The position numbers were made by a program, and so were the translations under genes. Below the pieces are notes generated by a model. It was not told the DNA's origin. It worked only from the letters and a program-made list of their open reading frames with translations, and searched no databases. Of a DNA stretch of 64,000 nucleotides, positions 8,344 through 17,480 are shown piece after piece (within the stretch, counting starts at the first letter, position 1; every line of letters begins with the position of its first letter). The DNA is from a virus (lineage: Duplodnaviria > Heunggongvirae > Uroviricota > Caudoviricetes), in IMG/VR virus record IMGVR_UViG_3300042256_000013, positions 128,001 to 192,000 of that record; one strand, given 5' to 3'.

Positions 8344-9486
8344 TTATTTTTTCTGAGCAATCTCGCGGAGAGCATTCTTCAGATCACCATCCATCTTAGC
8401 CATAATGAGAGCAGCTTTTTTACGCTCATCACGACCAGCTTGTTCAATACGCATAGTTTCGTTGATACCGTTCAGCATATCCGTTTGGATAGACTGTAGG
8501 GTAGTCAGGTCAACCACACCACGCTGGTTCGCGGCTGCTGCGTCTTTCATGTTTTGAGACACGGTTTTTGCGTTATCCTTCAGCAGACGGTTAGTTTCAT
8601 TGTCGATCATGTTCGACAATTCGTTGTCTTTCTTCTGCTGTAAACTGATCAGAGAAAGACTCATGTTGTTTTTCCACGCTGGGATAACAACAGTGTTGAG
8701 AGATTCGAACTTCTCAACGGTGTTCATGTTAACTTTACGCATGGACGCAATTTGCGGTGCGGTCAGTTTTGAAAGCTGTACCAGACGGCGAAGTTTGTCA
8801 GCCTGTTTGTCCAAGGCATCGGTCAACATACGCTGTTCGTCCAATACGTTCATTGGAGTTTCAGGGTTTGCCATAAGTACTGCCAGTTTTTGTTCTTCGA
8901 TGACTTTAACATCATCTACAGAATCCAGAATTGCTTCCAGTTCATGCAGATATTCGATGTTCGCAGTATACGCATTGTTCAGCCATACTGCTTCGCCACG
9001 CATACGGTCAATACCATTAGTCAGAGTGCCAGTGATTTTCTCAATCTGGTCTTTACTGGTTTCGAACTGATCCAGTACTTTCTGTTTGGTATCGCCGAAG
9101 ATATTCCACACACGTGCCAGAATACCATTACGTTGTTCGCCGAGTTTAGTAATGTCAACTTTACGAGTCAACGTCAGGATGTTAGAAATACCATCACCGA
9201 GTTCGCCAGTATCAGCAACTTTTACTTTAGACAGAATTTCTTCTGACAGTTTACCGATGTTCTGACCAGCATCAGCACCGAGTGTGTGAATGTTCGCTAC
9301 GGTTAGTTCCATAGTCGCACCTTTCGCATCACGCAGAACAGGCAGGTTTTTTTCAGTCTGAGTGAATTCTTCCTGATCGAAAGTTTCAGGTTCACGCTGT
9401 TTAGTGGCGGCAGGTTTACGTTTACGCTGCTGAGTTTTTTTAGGCTGAACTTCTTCGAAACCGTTGTTTGCGTCGTCAATTGCCAT
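8344..9486 (-). CDS. telA: toxic anion/tellurite resistance protein TelA
   Basis: GADAGQNI..LS..IL..VK, GILARVWNIFG, QIEKI...L, APQI..M...N, VIPAWK motifs; 380-aa coiled coil. Confidence 0.8.
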   Translation of the reverse strand: MAIDDANNGFEEVQPKKTQQRKRKPAATKQREPETFDQEEFTQTEKNLPVLRDAKGATMELTVANIHTLGADAGQNIGKLSEEILSKVKVADTGELGDGISNILTLTRKVDITKLGEQRNGILARVWNIFGDTKQKVLDQFETSKDQIEKITGTLTNGIDRMRGEAVWLNNAYTANIEYLHELEAILDSVDDVKVIEEQKLAVLMANPETPMNVLDEQRMLTDALDKQADKLRRLVQLSKLTAPQIASMRKVNMNTVEKFESLNTVVIPAWKNNMSLSLISLQQKKDNELSNMIDNETNRLLKDNAKTVSQNMKDAAAANQRGVVDLTTLQSIQTDMLNGINETMRIEQAGRDERKKAALIMAKMDGDLKNALREIAQKK

Positions 9487-9540
9487 GTTGGTAATTCCTT
9501 CATTCTAAGTTAATGGGAGATTGCTGTCTTGTTGAGATAC

Positions 9541-9569
9541 ATAGTACAGCAATCTTCATAGTTCGTCAA
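9541..9569 (-). promoter_or_regulatory. sigma70 early promoter TTGACG-N17-TACTAT
   Basis: Read directly; TG extension before -10. Confidence 0.7.
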
Positions 9570-9580
9570 GGACTTTTTTC

Positions 9581-10837
9581 TTAGTAGTCGCCTTTTTTCG
9601 CTTCTTCTTCAGCGTCAACCTGGTCAACTGCGTCGATGTAATCCTGTACTGGATCAACCGCTTCATCGCTTGATTCAGTAGGAGCATTATAACCGTTATT
9701 CGTAGGCGATGCAACTACATTTTCACGATAAGCCAGGCCACGGATGATATTAACAGTTTCATCATCGACACGTTTAGATGCCTGATTCTGAAGTTTAACA
9801 ATCAACAGTGGAACGACCACTTCTTGTACTTCTTTGAGCTTGTTCAAATCGGATAAGAACTTCTTGTGAATCGTGCTAAGTGACATTTCCGAAATTTCGG
9901 TAGTCGCACGAATTTTCATCAAACGTTCTTGACGCAATTCAAACTCATATGGGTCTTCATCAGTTTTAATTACATAATCACAACCAATGATACCGTGCTC
10001 AACACGATCTTTGATCTCACTGATGTTACCCTGAATTCCTTTAAAGACTTCAGAGATACCACTAAAGCGATGAGGATCAACAGAAACTGCATTACGCAAT
10101 GTACTAAGAATAGTACTCAAATCTTCCTGTTTAACTTCAATAGCTTTTGCACCACCGAACATACGTTGCATGAACGTAGGTTTAAGTGGGAACATACCTT
10201 CGAGAACAGTAGTAAGATTGTTCATAACACCATGAATGTAATCACTGTTATTTTTCAGGATTTGAACAAGTTTAATTTGTTCTTCTGACAATACTTGAGT
10301 ACTGACAGTAATTTCCTGAGAACATACTTCAAAGTTCTCAACCCAATCCAGTACTTGCATTGGATGAAACTCTACGTTCGCTTTCATGTTAATGATAGCA
10401 GGTAAACGAACATCATTTTCACTCAGTTCTTTACGAGAGAATACAATCGGTGCAGGAATATCCGGTGCATCAAGATTAGTATTCTGAAGTACTACAGGTT
10501 TAGCTTTCCCATCGAGAAAGTCCTGATACTCCTGCTGTAAGCGAGGAACCGGAAGGTCTTCAATGCGGATTTTACCAAAGTAAATATCATCCAGCATCAT
10601 TTCGAGAACACGCAGACGAACGCTATCATAGAAGATTTCGTTCAAGTTCAACGGGCGTACATCGAAGATCGGCATACCAGTACCATCATAGGTACGGCTA
10701 ACGATTACGTTGAAAATATACTTCTTAGCAACGTTCTTATCAAATACCTTCAGCAAACTATTGCGAACGTAGTTGTAATCGAATTCCTGAATCTCAATGT
10801 TAGAACGACCATCGTTGAAGAAATATTTTCCTTTCAT
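9581..10837 (-). CDS. hypothetical protein, C-terminal half possibly TelA-related coiled coil
   Basis: 418-aa ORF adjacent to telA; FMQRMFG segment resembles the TelA amphipathic motif. Confidence 0.6.
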   Translation of the reverse strand: MKGKYFFNDGRSNIEIQEFDYNYVRNSLLKVFDKNVAKKYIFNVIVSRTYDGTGMPIFDVRPLNLNEIFYDSVRLRVLEMMLDDIYFGKIRIEDLPVPRLQQEYQDFLDGKAKPVVLQNTNLDAPDIPAPIVFSRKELSENDVRLPAIINMKANVEFHPMQVLDWVENFEVCSQEITVSTQVLSEEQIKLVQILKNNSDYIHGVMNNLTTVLEGMFPLKPTFMQRMFGGAKAIEVKQEDLSTILSTLRNAVSVDPHRFSGISEVFKGIQGNISEIKDRVEHGIIGCDYVIKTDEDPYEFELRQERLMKIRATTEISEMSLSTIHKKFLSDLNKLKEVQEVVVPLLIVKLQNQASKRVDDETVNIIRGLAYRENVVASPTNNGYNAPTESSDEAVDPVQDYIDAVDQVDAEEEAKKGDY

Positions 10838-10896
10838 GATTCATTATCTCGCAGTTAAATTAATAGGCAGGGGTGCATTATAGCACCCCAAAAAGA

Positions 10897-11097
10897 TTAA
10901 CGCCAGGAAATTTTAGCAACAGACGCGATTGCTTCAACTTTCATTACGACGAAATCTTTGTCAGCATTCTCTTGTGCGAGGCGAGCCGCTTCACCTTTAG
11001 CAACAGACAAAGACATGTGCTCTTTAGGAGTAGCAGACGCAGAGAAGCGACCAGTGTTTTTGTCGATACTACCGACAATGTAATTACCAGATTTCAT
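10897..11097 (-). CDS. small hypothetical protein
   Basis: 66 aa, GAGG RBS, host-like codons. Confidence 0.75.
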   Translation of the reverse strand: MKSGNYIVGSIDKNTGRFSASATPKEHMSLSVAKGEAARLAQENADKDFVVMKVEAIASVAKISWR

Positions 11098-11130
11098 TAT
11101 TATATTACCTCTTTATTGATTTGTTTTTTA

Positions 11131-11769
11131 TTAACGCAGGATACCTAAGTTACGCAGTGCTGCCAGGTCTTCTTCGGAAATACCCGCAGCTTTCAGTTGT
11201 TCGAGAACATTAACTGATTTACGAGCTTTAGAAGTTGTTGCGGTTACTGGAGCAGTAGTTTCAGCAGTTTCAACTACTTGTACTTCCTGAACTTCTTGAA
11301 CTTCAACTACTGGTTCTTGCGGAACTTCAATTTCTGGTTCATCTGCATCTTCGTGAACGACAGTAGCAGTAGTTCCAGTATACGCAGCTTTGCGTTTAGC
11401 ACGACGAGCTTCGTACTTAGCTTGTTCTTTTGCTTCACGAGCAGGAGCTTGTTCAGCACGATAAGCAGCGACACGTGCAGCTTCAGCTTCAACGTTAGTC
11501 TGACGACGAACGGCATCACCTTTAGGCACAATATCAAAGCTATCATACAGACCTAGAATGATAGTCACTTCACCAGATTCAGTGTTGCGAACTACAGCAT
11601 AAAGCAGATCAGATTTATCTACAGCACGAAGGTTCAAACCACCAACAGTACCAGATTCATTCAGAACAGTCTGAGAATATTCTACCATAGACTCATTATG
11701 AGTAATGGAGGTAACGTTGGTTGCTTTGTAGGTAACGCCTTCGGTGTATACGAATAGTACAGTACTCAT
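11131..11769 (-). CDS. Ala/Glu-rich early hypothetical protein
   Basis: 212 aa, AGGA RBS, strong promoter upstream. Confidence 0.8.
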   Translation of the reverse strand: MSTVLFVYTEGVTYKATNVTSITHNESMVEYSQTVLNESGTVGGLNLRAVDKSDLLYAVVRNTESGEVTIILGLYDSFDIVPKGDAVRRQTNVEAEAARVAAYRAEQAPAREAKEQAKYEARRAKRKAAYTGTTATVVHEDADEPEIEVPQEPVVEVQEVQEVQVVETAETTAPVTATTSKARKSVNVLEQLKAAGISEEDLAALRNLGILR

Positions 11770-11825
11770 TTTCTTTCCTTTTTGTGTTTAACTTAAAAAT
11801 ATGAATTTCCAAATTCATGAGGGCG

Positions 11826-11854
11826 ATTCTACAGCAAAAATTTCGGCCTGTCAA
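11826..11854 (-). promoter_or_regulatory. sigma70 early promoter TTGACA-N17-TAGAAT
   Basis: Near-consensus, with TG extension. Confidence 0.8.
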
Positions 11855-11879
11855 GGACAAAAACGAAAAAAGGACGAGA

Positions 11880-12674
11880 TTACGTCCTTTTAATATTCCA
11901 ATGGAATTCAGTTACAGGTACAAATTGCTCCGGCATTGGAGTTAAGTCATACATCGTTCCATTTCTAAATTTTAGTATATACGTTCCACTGAGAATTGCA
12001 ACTGCTTTTTGTAAAGATTGCATTGCTCTCTCTTTCCAGAAATTCTCATACGGTTCAGGACAATCCAGATAATCATATCGGTACATGCCTAAACTGGCCT
12101 GTATAAGCCTCTGAGGGGCTTCAGTCCGCCCATCTACCAGACTAGCACCATGCTGTACTGAAGTCCAGCCAGGAATGCCAGGCAATGAACAAAATAGATC
12201 AAAATCACGAATACTTACACACATCGTTGAATCAACTATTTGATTGTGGATAACTGCTTCTTTAGCAGTTTTGTATAGTTGGAAATCCATATATACAGAT
12301 TTATTGTCAATGATATGTTGTAATTCATCATATGTTGTAGGTACTGGTAGTTCAGGCATAATTTGCCCAAACACTTCTATACAGAAGATTCTCCATAACC
12401 CGTTTGTAAAAGCTATCTCAGAATCATAAACTTCATCAATAAGAAATCTACCTCTACGGTACTTCTCATTGATGAACACCTTACGTGCTAGATATGCTTT
12501 TAGAACCATTTCAGTACTTACATCATCTCGATTAATATCATCGTAATTCTTTCCAATACGGTTTATCTCATAAGTTCTAACATATAAACGCTTACTTAAT
12601 CCTACATTACCAATTGAATGAATAGCTGTCCTTGTACTTTCGTGCAGTGCTATCAACATATTATAAATTTTCAT
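11880..12674 (-). CDS. hypothetical protein
   Basis: 264-aa ORF, TAATG coupling. Confidence 0.7.
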   Translation of the reverse strand: MKIYNMLIALHESTRTAIHSIGNVGLSKRLYVRTYEINRIGKNYDDINRDDVSTEMVLKAYLARKVFINEKYRRGRFLIDEVYDSEIAFTNGLWRIFCIEVFGQIMPELPVPTTYDELQHIIDNKSVYMDFQLYKTAKEAVIHNQIVDSTMCVSIRDFDLFCSLPGIPGWTSVQHGASLVDGRTEAPQRLIQASLGMYRYDYLDCPEPYENFWKERAMQSLQKAVAILSGTYILKFRNGTMYDLTPMPEQFVPVTEFHWNIKRT

Positions 12675-13357
12675 TATCTTAGTACGACGTATTTCCCGTT
12701 AATACCAACAATGTATTCATTGCCAGATCTTAGTACATCATAGTTTTCACCAAGTACTGCACTCAAACGAGTACCGTCTAATGTCATATCTTCAGATAGT
12801 AAACCTTTTACATAATTTTCATTAACGATACCTGAACCTTTACTATAATGCAATTCAGTTCCGTATACGCTTTTTATTTTAATGCTTTCATTTACAATTT
12901 CAACTTGTACTGCTGCATAATCAAAGAATTCTTTTAATTCTTTTTCAGATACGAGTTCAATATCATTTGTAATTTGGTCAACATCTAAATCAATAGGATC
13001 ATTGATTCCATACATTTGCAATTTCCAATCTGGATTTGGACAAATGTTTTCAATGCTTTTCATTAGTTCAATTAGTTTAGCAGGGAATTCTCCATTACGT
13101 TCAAATTCAACAAATACTTGATAACGTCCATCAACGTTAGGGGTTTCTGCTGCTTCAGTATCAATAACATCAACTGGTGAACGTTCAATGAATGAACTTA
13201 AATCATATGCTGCATCGAAATTATCCAGTACTTGGAATAATACAACTATGTTATCTTCATCAATTTTTGGCGTATATTCATCTACACTTATAATAGGGTG
13301 TACTAAATCTTTCAGTACTAATGGTCTTAATGCTCGTTCGTAAATTCTCTTAGTCAT
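12674..13357 (-). CDS. hypothetical protein, probably virion/late
   Basis: 227 aa, coupled operon behind TAAATA at 13994-13999. Confidence 0.7.
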   Translation of the reverse strand: MTKRIYERALRPLVLKDLVHPIISVDEYTPKIDEDNIVVLFQVLDNFDAAYDLSSFIERSPVDVIDTEAAETPNVDGRYQVFVEFERNGEFPAKLIELMKSIENICPNPDWKLQMYGINDPIDLDVDQITNDIELVSEKELKEFFDYAAVQVEIVNESIKIKSVYGTELHYSKGSGIVNENYVKGLLSEDMTLDGTRLSAVLGENYDVLRSGNEYIVGINGKYVVLR

Positions 13358-13938
13358 TACATTCCTCCTTGTGGCTCGTCAAATTGAATATCATCATTTC
13401 CCGCATTAGGGTCTTGTTGATCTTGCTGTTCTGGTTGCTGTTCTGGTTGTTGTTCAGGTTCAGCAGTTTCTTCTTCATTCATAGTATTACTATTAAAATC
13501 AGAAGCCATCAATTTGTATTCATCGAAACTTTCAGGATTAACTAAACGACGAGGAATCTGGAACTTAACTAATAAAATTGGTGTACGTTCATCTTTTGGA
13601 GTACTCAAGTTAGCGGCATTACCGAGAATGCTTTGCATGTCATCGTTGCTGCGTGGGTGCTCAATTGGGTGAACTTCCCAATCTGGACGAACAAAAATCT
13701 TTGTTCCTTGTTTTTCAAATATCTTAGTTGCTACAGGATCTGGAAATGTGTCATGGCTGAATTTAAGAGTAATTTCAACCCAATACTTAGAGACGTTCGG
13801 CCCCTCAACAATTTCGCCATTTATCCAGTTCTTATAAGCATACAAATCCATGTTATCAAAATATTCTTCCACGCCAAGAAGAATATCCAATAAACCGTCT
13901 TGATCGTAAAGATTTTGAATTGCTTGTGAACTATCCAT
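13357..13938 (-). CDS. hypothetical protein, probably virion/late
   Basis: 193 aa with acidic PEQQ-repeat tail; late promoter upstream. Confidence 0.7.
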   Translation of the reverse strand: MDSSQAIQNLYDQDGLLDILLGVEEYFDNMDLYAYKNWINGEIVEGPNVSKYWVEITLKFSHDTFPDPVATKIFEKQGTKIFVRPDWEVHPIEHPRSNDDMQSILGNAANLSTPKDERTPILLVKFQIPRRLVNPESFDEYKLMASDFNSNTMNEEETAEPEQQPEQQPEQQDQQDPNAGNDDIQFDEPQGGM

Positions 13939-14016
13939 GTATATCTTTCCTTTAAGGTTACTTCTCGGTATGAGAATCGTAATAATATAACCTTATTTAC
14001 TAAACAGAAAAGGGGA

Positions 14017-14640
14017 TTACTCCCCTTTGATCGTTTCAGTAATGTAGTGGTACATTTGGTTCCAATCTTGAACGAACTGATAACGAGGGTCATCAATGGA
14101 TTCAATATTATGGGAACATTCCAGTACTACAGTGTCTAAACCCAGGGTTTGTGCTACATCGATATTTGCAAGATGATCATCCACAACAGTAACAATATCG
14201 TACTGTTCTTTCAATTTCGCGTAAGTACTACGCTTGGATTGATAATTTTCGAGGATAATAATATCATCAAAAATATCACCAAAGACATTGATAAGATTTA
14301 CTTTACGTAGTACTTCACCATGTCCGAATGTTCCGCTTTTTGTTACCACAATGAATGCTACATTTTCATTTTCAGAACGTAATGCTTTCATATTCTGAAC
14401 AGTAAATTTGTCCATTGGTTCCAATAGACCGAATTCAGTACTGTAGAAGTTAAAGTTCTTCAGTAAATCCATTACTTGTTCACCATCACATTGTAACCAA
14501 TCTTGAAGATTGTATTGCATTGGTTCACCAACAGTTTCAATATCGTAGTATTTTTCTACGTACTTTTTAAATCCACCTAGATGATTTAATAGAATCTCAT
14601 CACAATCTAAGATGACAGCTTTCTTTTTCTGGTTTGACAT
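14017..14640 (-). CDS. HAD-superfamily 5'(3')-deoxyribonucleotidase-like phosphatase
   Basis: Motif I LDCDEIL, motif II VTK, motif IV VVDDHLAN. Confidence 0.75.
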   Translation of the reverse strand: MSNQKKKAVILDCDEILLNHLGGFKKYVEKYYDIETVGEPMQYNLQDWLQCDGEQVMDLLKNFNFYSTEFGLLEPMDKFTVQNMKALRSENENVAFIVVTKSGTFGHGEVLRKVNLINVFGDIFDDIIILENYQSKRSTYAKLKEQYDIVTVVDDHLANIDVAQTLGLDTVVLECSHNIESIDDPRYQFVQDWNQMYHYITETIKGE

Positions 14641-14651
14641 TATATTGTCCT

Positions 14652-15605
14652 TTACATTTGGTCGTTACAGATCAAATCCACTTCACATAATAATGCTGAT
14701 AGGTTCATCTCGCGGTCCGATACGGAAGCCTGTTTAACTACAGCATCACGAATCTTCACTTTGATCTTCATTTCTTTAATTTCATCTGTCGTAAACAATT
14801 CAACATTTTTATACAAGAACGAAAAGAAACCATCGATTTCATCTTCTGGAATGTTCTGTACAATTTGTTCACGCATCTGACGAATATTACCTGCTTCAAG
14901 AGCATCAATAATAGCTGCACGATAACTGGCAGTACTATCAATTGAATCTTCAAGCTTAACAAGCTTACCTTTAACTACTGAACTTTGCAAGGTGTTTAAT
15001 GTCTTACGGAAGTCAGGGAACGTACACTTGATGTATTTTTGTACTAAATCTAAACTTTCTTCTGTATCTAAATCTACACCTTCAGCGATTAGAATTTCAA
15101 TGATACGAGTAGTAAATGCATCTGGATCGTGTTTTTCAATAACAATGCTTTGAACACGAGATAGAATAGGTTTAAGTATTTTGTGTGGTTCATTGGAAGT
15201 TAAGATAAAACGAGCATTCTCGTGATAATCTTCCATAACACGTTTTAATGAACCTTGTGCTTTAAGGTTCATCTGTTCCATTTCTTCTAATACGAAGATA
15301 CGATAGTCACCAAACGCACTTAGACGAGCCGCAGCATCAATTTTTTCACGAACAGCCTCAATACCTTCATCACTCATATTAAGTATAGTTACGTCAGATG
15401 GGTCTACGAATCCATTCTTTACTAAGCCATTAATTAGTACTTTTATAGCTGTAGTTTTTCCAGTACCTGCTGGACCAAAGAACCCAATATGTGGAATATC
15501 ACCGCTTTCAATCCACTCTAACATTTTTTGTTCGAATGCTGGATTTTTAAACACATATTCTTCAACAGTCCCTGGGCGGTACTTTTCTGTCCATAGAGAG
15601 GTCAT
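14652..15605 (-). CDS. 44: sliding-clamp loader AAA+ subunit (T4 gp44/RFC small)
   Basis: LWTEKYRP, Walker A GPAGTGKTT, LNMSDE.GI, RFILTSN, PILSR. Confidence 0.92.
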   Translation of the reverse strand: MTSLWTEKYRPGTVEEYVFKNPAFEQKMLEWIESGDIPHIGFFGPAGTGKTTAIKVLINGLVKNGFVDPSDVTILNMSDEGIEAVREKIDAAARLSAFGDYRIFVLEEMEQMNLKAQGSLKRVMEDYHENARFILTSNEPHKILKPILSRVQSIVIEKHDPDAFTTRIIEILIAEGVDLDTEESLDLVQKYIKCTFPDFRKTLNTLQSSVVKGKLVKLEDSIDSTASYRAAIIDALEAGNIRQMREQIVQNIPEDEIDGFFSFLYKNVELFTTDEIKEMKIKVKIRDAVVKQASVSDREMNLSALLCEVDLICNDQM

Positions 15606-15617
15606 TCTTATTCCTTT

Positions 15618-15902
15618 TTAATATTCTTCATTTATCCATTCTGGATAAAGTAATGCTGTAAATAAATCTTCTGTCATTTCTAATTGATCTAACAAATATT
15701 CCAACGAATTAGATTGGTTGGAATATTCAGTACCAAGTCTTCTTGCTTCTGAGGCAGTAACTAACATTAATTTAAAATGTTCTACTGTAACTTCATACAC
15801 TCTTCCCTTACTCTTTGGAGTCTGGAAATAAAATTTACCAGAAGGATTAGTACATACAAGTTCTACATCATAGAAATTAAATTTTCCGTTTTTAACACTC
15901 AT
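15618..15902 (-). CDS. hypothetical protein
   Basis: 94-aa ORF in operon. Confidence 0.65.
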   Translation of the reverse strand: MSVKNGKFNFYDVELVCTNPSGKFYFQTPKSKGRVYEVTVEHFKLMLVTASEARRLGTEYSNQSNSLEYLLDQLEMTEDLFTALLYPEWINEEY

Positions 15903-15917
15903 AAAATTCCGACAAAA

Positions 15918-15940
15918 AGAAAGCCCTGATTAATCAGGGC
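15918..15940 (-). terminator. intrinsic terminator
   Basis: GCCCTGAT-ta-ATCAGGGC hairpin, T-rich tail on the minus strand. Confidence 0.7.
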
Positions 15941-15945
15941 GTAAA

Positions 15946-16266
15946 TTAATATCCTAGACCTAAGAAGTCTGGACGTTCATCAGCAGCAGCAAGAACGCCT
16001 TTCGGATAGTCAACTAAATTTAGAGATACTTCATCGATAGTAATTGTTCTACTCCAGCGACCATGAGCCACGAGAATCCAATCACCAGGTTTCAATTCAG
16101 TAACATCTTCACCAACGGAATATACTTTAGCCCAACGACTATGTACACCACGTACAGTACCGTCATCATCACGAAGGACAATACCGGATTTTAATTTTTG
16201 TTCACCTGTATCTAAATCTGATACAAGTACTTTACCTTTGCAAGCTGTAAGTACGTTCGACTCCAT
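15946..16266 (-). CDS. groES: co-chaperonin GroES-like
   Basis: KVLV...EQKLKSGIVL...AKVYSVG...LKPGDWIL matches the GroES pattern. Confidence 0.8.
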   Translation of the reverse strand: MESNVLTACKGKVLVSDLDTGEQKLKSGIVLRDDDGTVRGVHSRWAKVYSVGEDVTELKPGDWILVAHGRWSRTITIDEVSLNLVDYPKGVLAAADERPDFLGLGY

Positions 16267-16276
16267 TTGAATATCC

Positions 16277-16636
16277 TTATTCTTGATCAGCAGTGTCATC
16301 TTTAGTTTTTGCACGTTTTACGGGTGCTTTCTTTTCTTCGATTGGTTCTTGTGGTTCAATCTCAAATTGAGCATCATCAAATCCAGTATCTGCGAAGTCA
16401 AAAGTTTCAGGAGCTTGTGAATGGCTCTGATGCTCTGGACTAATATCAGGTTTCTGTAATTCTCGTTCACGTTCAGCTAATAGATCTTCACGTTTCTTAA
16501 TAACCGTGCCGCCTCGACCGATAATATCACCACGTGCATTCATATTGGCATTGCCAATAGCTACGCTATGTTGATGCTGGAACTTCAACATTTCCATATC
16601 GATCTTCTGGCCTCGATAGCTAGTGTGTTTCTTCAT
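16277..16636 (-). CDS. hypothetical protein
   Basis: 119 aa, AIGNANMNARGD.IG.GG motif; promoter at 16662-16690. Confidence 0.75.
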   Translation of the reverse strand: MKKHTSYRGQKIDMEMLKFQHQHSVAIGNANMNARGDIIGRGGTVIKKREDLLAERERELQKPDISPEHQSHSQAPETFDFADTGFDDAQFEIEPQEPIEEKKAPVKRAKTKDDTADQE

Positions 16637-16661
16637 AAAAATCCCTTTTCATTGTAGGTAC

Positions 16662-16690
16662 ATTATACCATAAATTTTGTTACCATTTCA
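16662..16690 (-). promoter_or_regulatory. TGAAAT-N17-TATAAT promoter
   Basis: Member of the recurring TGRAAY class. Confidence 0.6.
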
Positions 16691-17198
16691 AAAATTCGTT
16701 AACATCTAAGTCGTATTTAATAGAATCCACCATATGGAGTTCTATCAAAAAAAGACAGTAGCTGCTGACTGAACTTCCACGACCTAATCCCCAAAAGATA
16801 TTATGTTCTTTTAGATAATCTACCAACCATATCATACAGCGTAGTAGTTTAGTCATGTTATAGTTTTCGTACAATCCCAATTCATACAGTACTCGTTCAC
16901 GTTGAACATCAGTACTGCACAAATTAAGAAAATAGTCTTCTAGATTGATTTTATCATAAGCTGGATCATAACGCCATAGTTCATGATTCCTATCATGTTC
17001 TATGTTGTAATCAAGCATACGTTCTTCTAATCCGAACTTACGACAATTATCATTGAACTTCAATCGTTCAGATTCATCTTGTTCATTAAGTTGGATATAA
17101 GTTATATCTGCTCCGCAGTTGATTGCATACACAACTGCGTTAAGATCTAAACGAACGTCACCATCCTCGCTTATAGTTCGATTTCCTTGTACTTTCAT
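16680..17198 (-). CDS. dnaE: DNA polymerase III alpha (DnaE) N-terminal palm fragment
   Basis: ERVLYEL...GLGRGSSVSS...L.IELHMVDSIKYDL...FLK aligns with DnaE ERL..EL...GPGRGSGAGS...[21 protein letters not shown]. Confidence 0.8.
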   Translation of the reverse strand: MKVQGNRTISEDGDVRLDLNAVVYAINCGADITYIQLNEQDESERLKFNDNCRKFGLEERMLDYNIEHDRNHELWRYDPAYDKINLEDYFLNLCSTDVQRERVLYELGLYENYNMTKLLRCMIWLVDYLKEHNIFWGLGRGSSVSSYCLFLIELHMVDSIKYDLDVNEFLKW

Positions 17199-17475
17199 TC
17201 TTTTTATCTTCAGTTCCAGTGTTAATATAACTGTCCGAATCAAATACAGTTTTGTTGTCTTCTTCTTTTTGTTGAGCTTCTAAATCAGCTTTCGCTTGAC
17301 GAGTTCGAAGTTCTTCTTCGCATGAGCGAATTACAGAAAACATTTGTTGTATAACTTCATATTGTACACCAGCTATACGTGCTGATGAAATACGCATTGA
17401 GACTTCATTGATTTTATCATAAAGCTCTTGATTACTTAAAGAAGAAGAATCAAAAAATGGATGGAACATACGCAT
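17158..17475 (-). CDS. hypothetical protein
   Basis: 105 aa, MFHPF start, overlaps the dnaE-N start. Confidence 0.7.
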   Translation of the reverse strand: MRMFHPFFDSSSLSNQELYDKINEVSMRISSARIAGVQYEVIQQMFSVIRSCEEELRTRQAKADLEAQQKEEDNKTVFDSDSYINTGTEDKKNESTRKSNYKRGW

Positions 17476-17480
17476 CCCCC

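Noticed and set aside
8600-10288. Plus-strand ORFs 8600..9070, 8890..9246, 9929..10288 and similar short antisense or out-of-frame ORFs elsewhere
   Set aside because: Shadows of well-supported minus-strand genes, caused by codon bias
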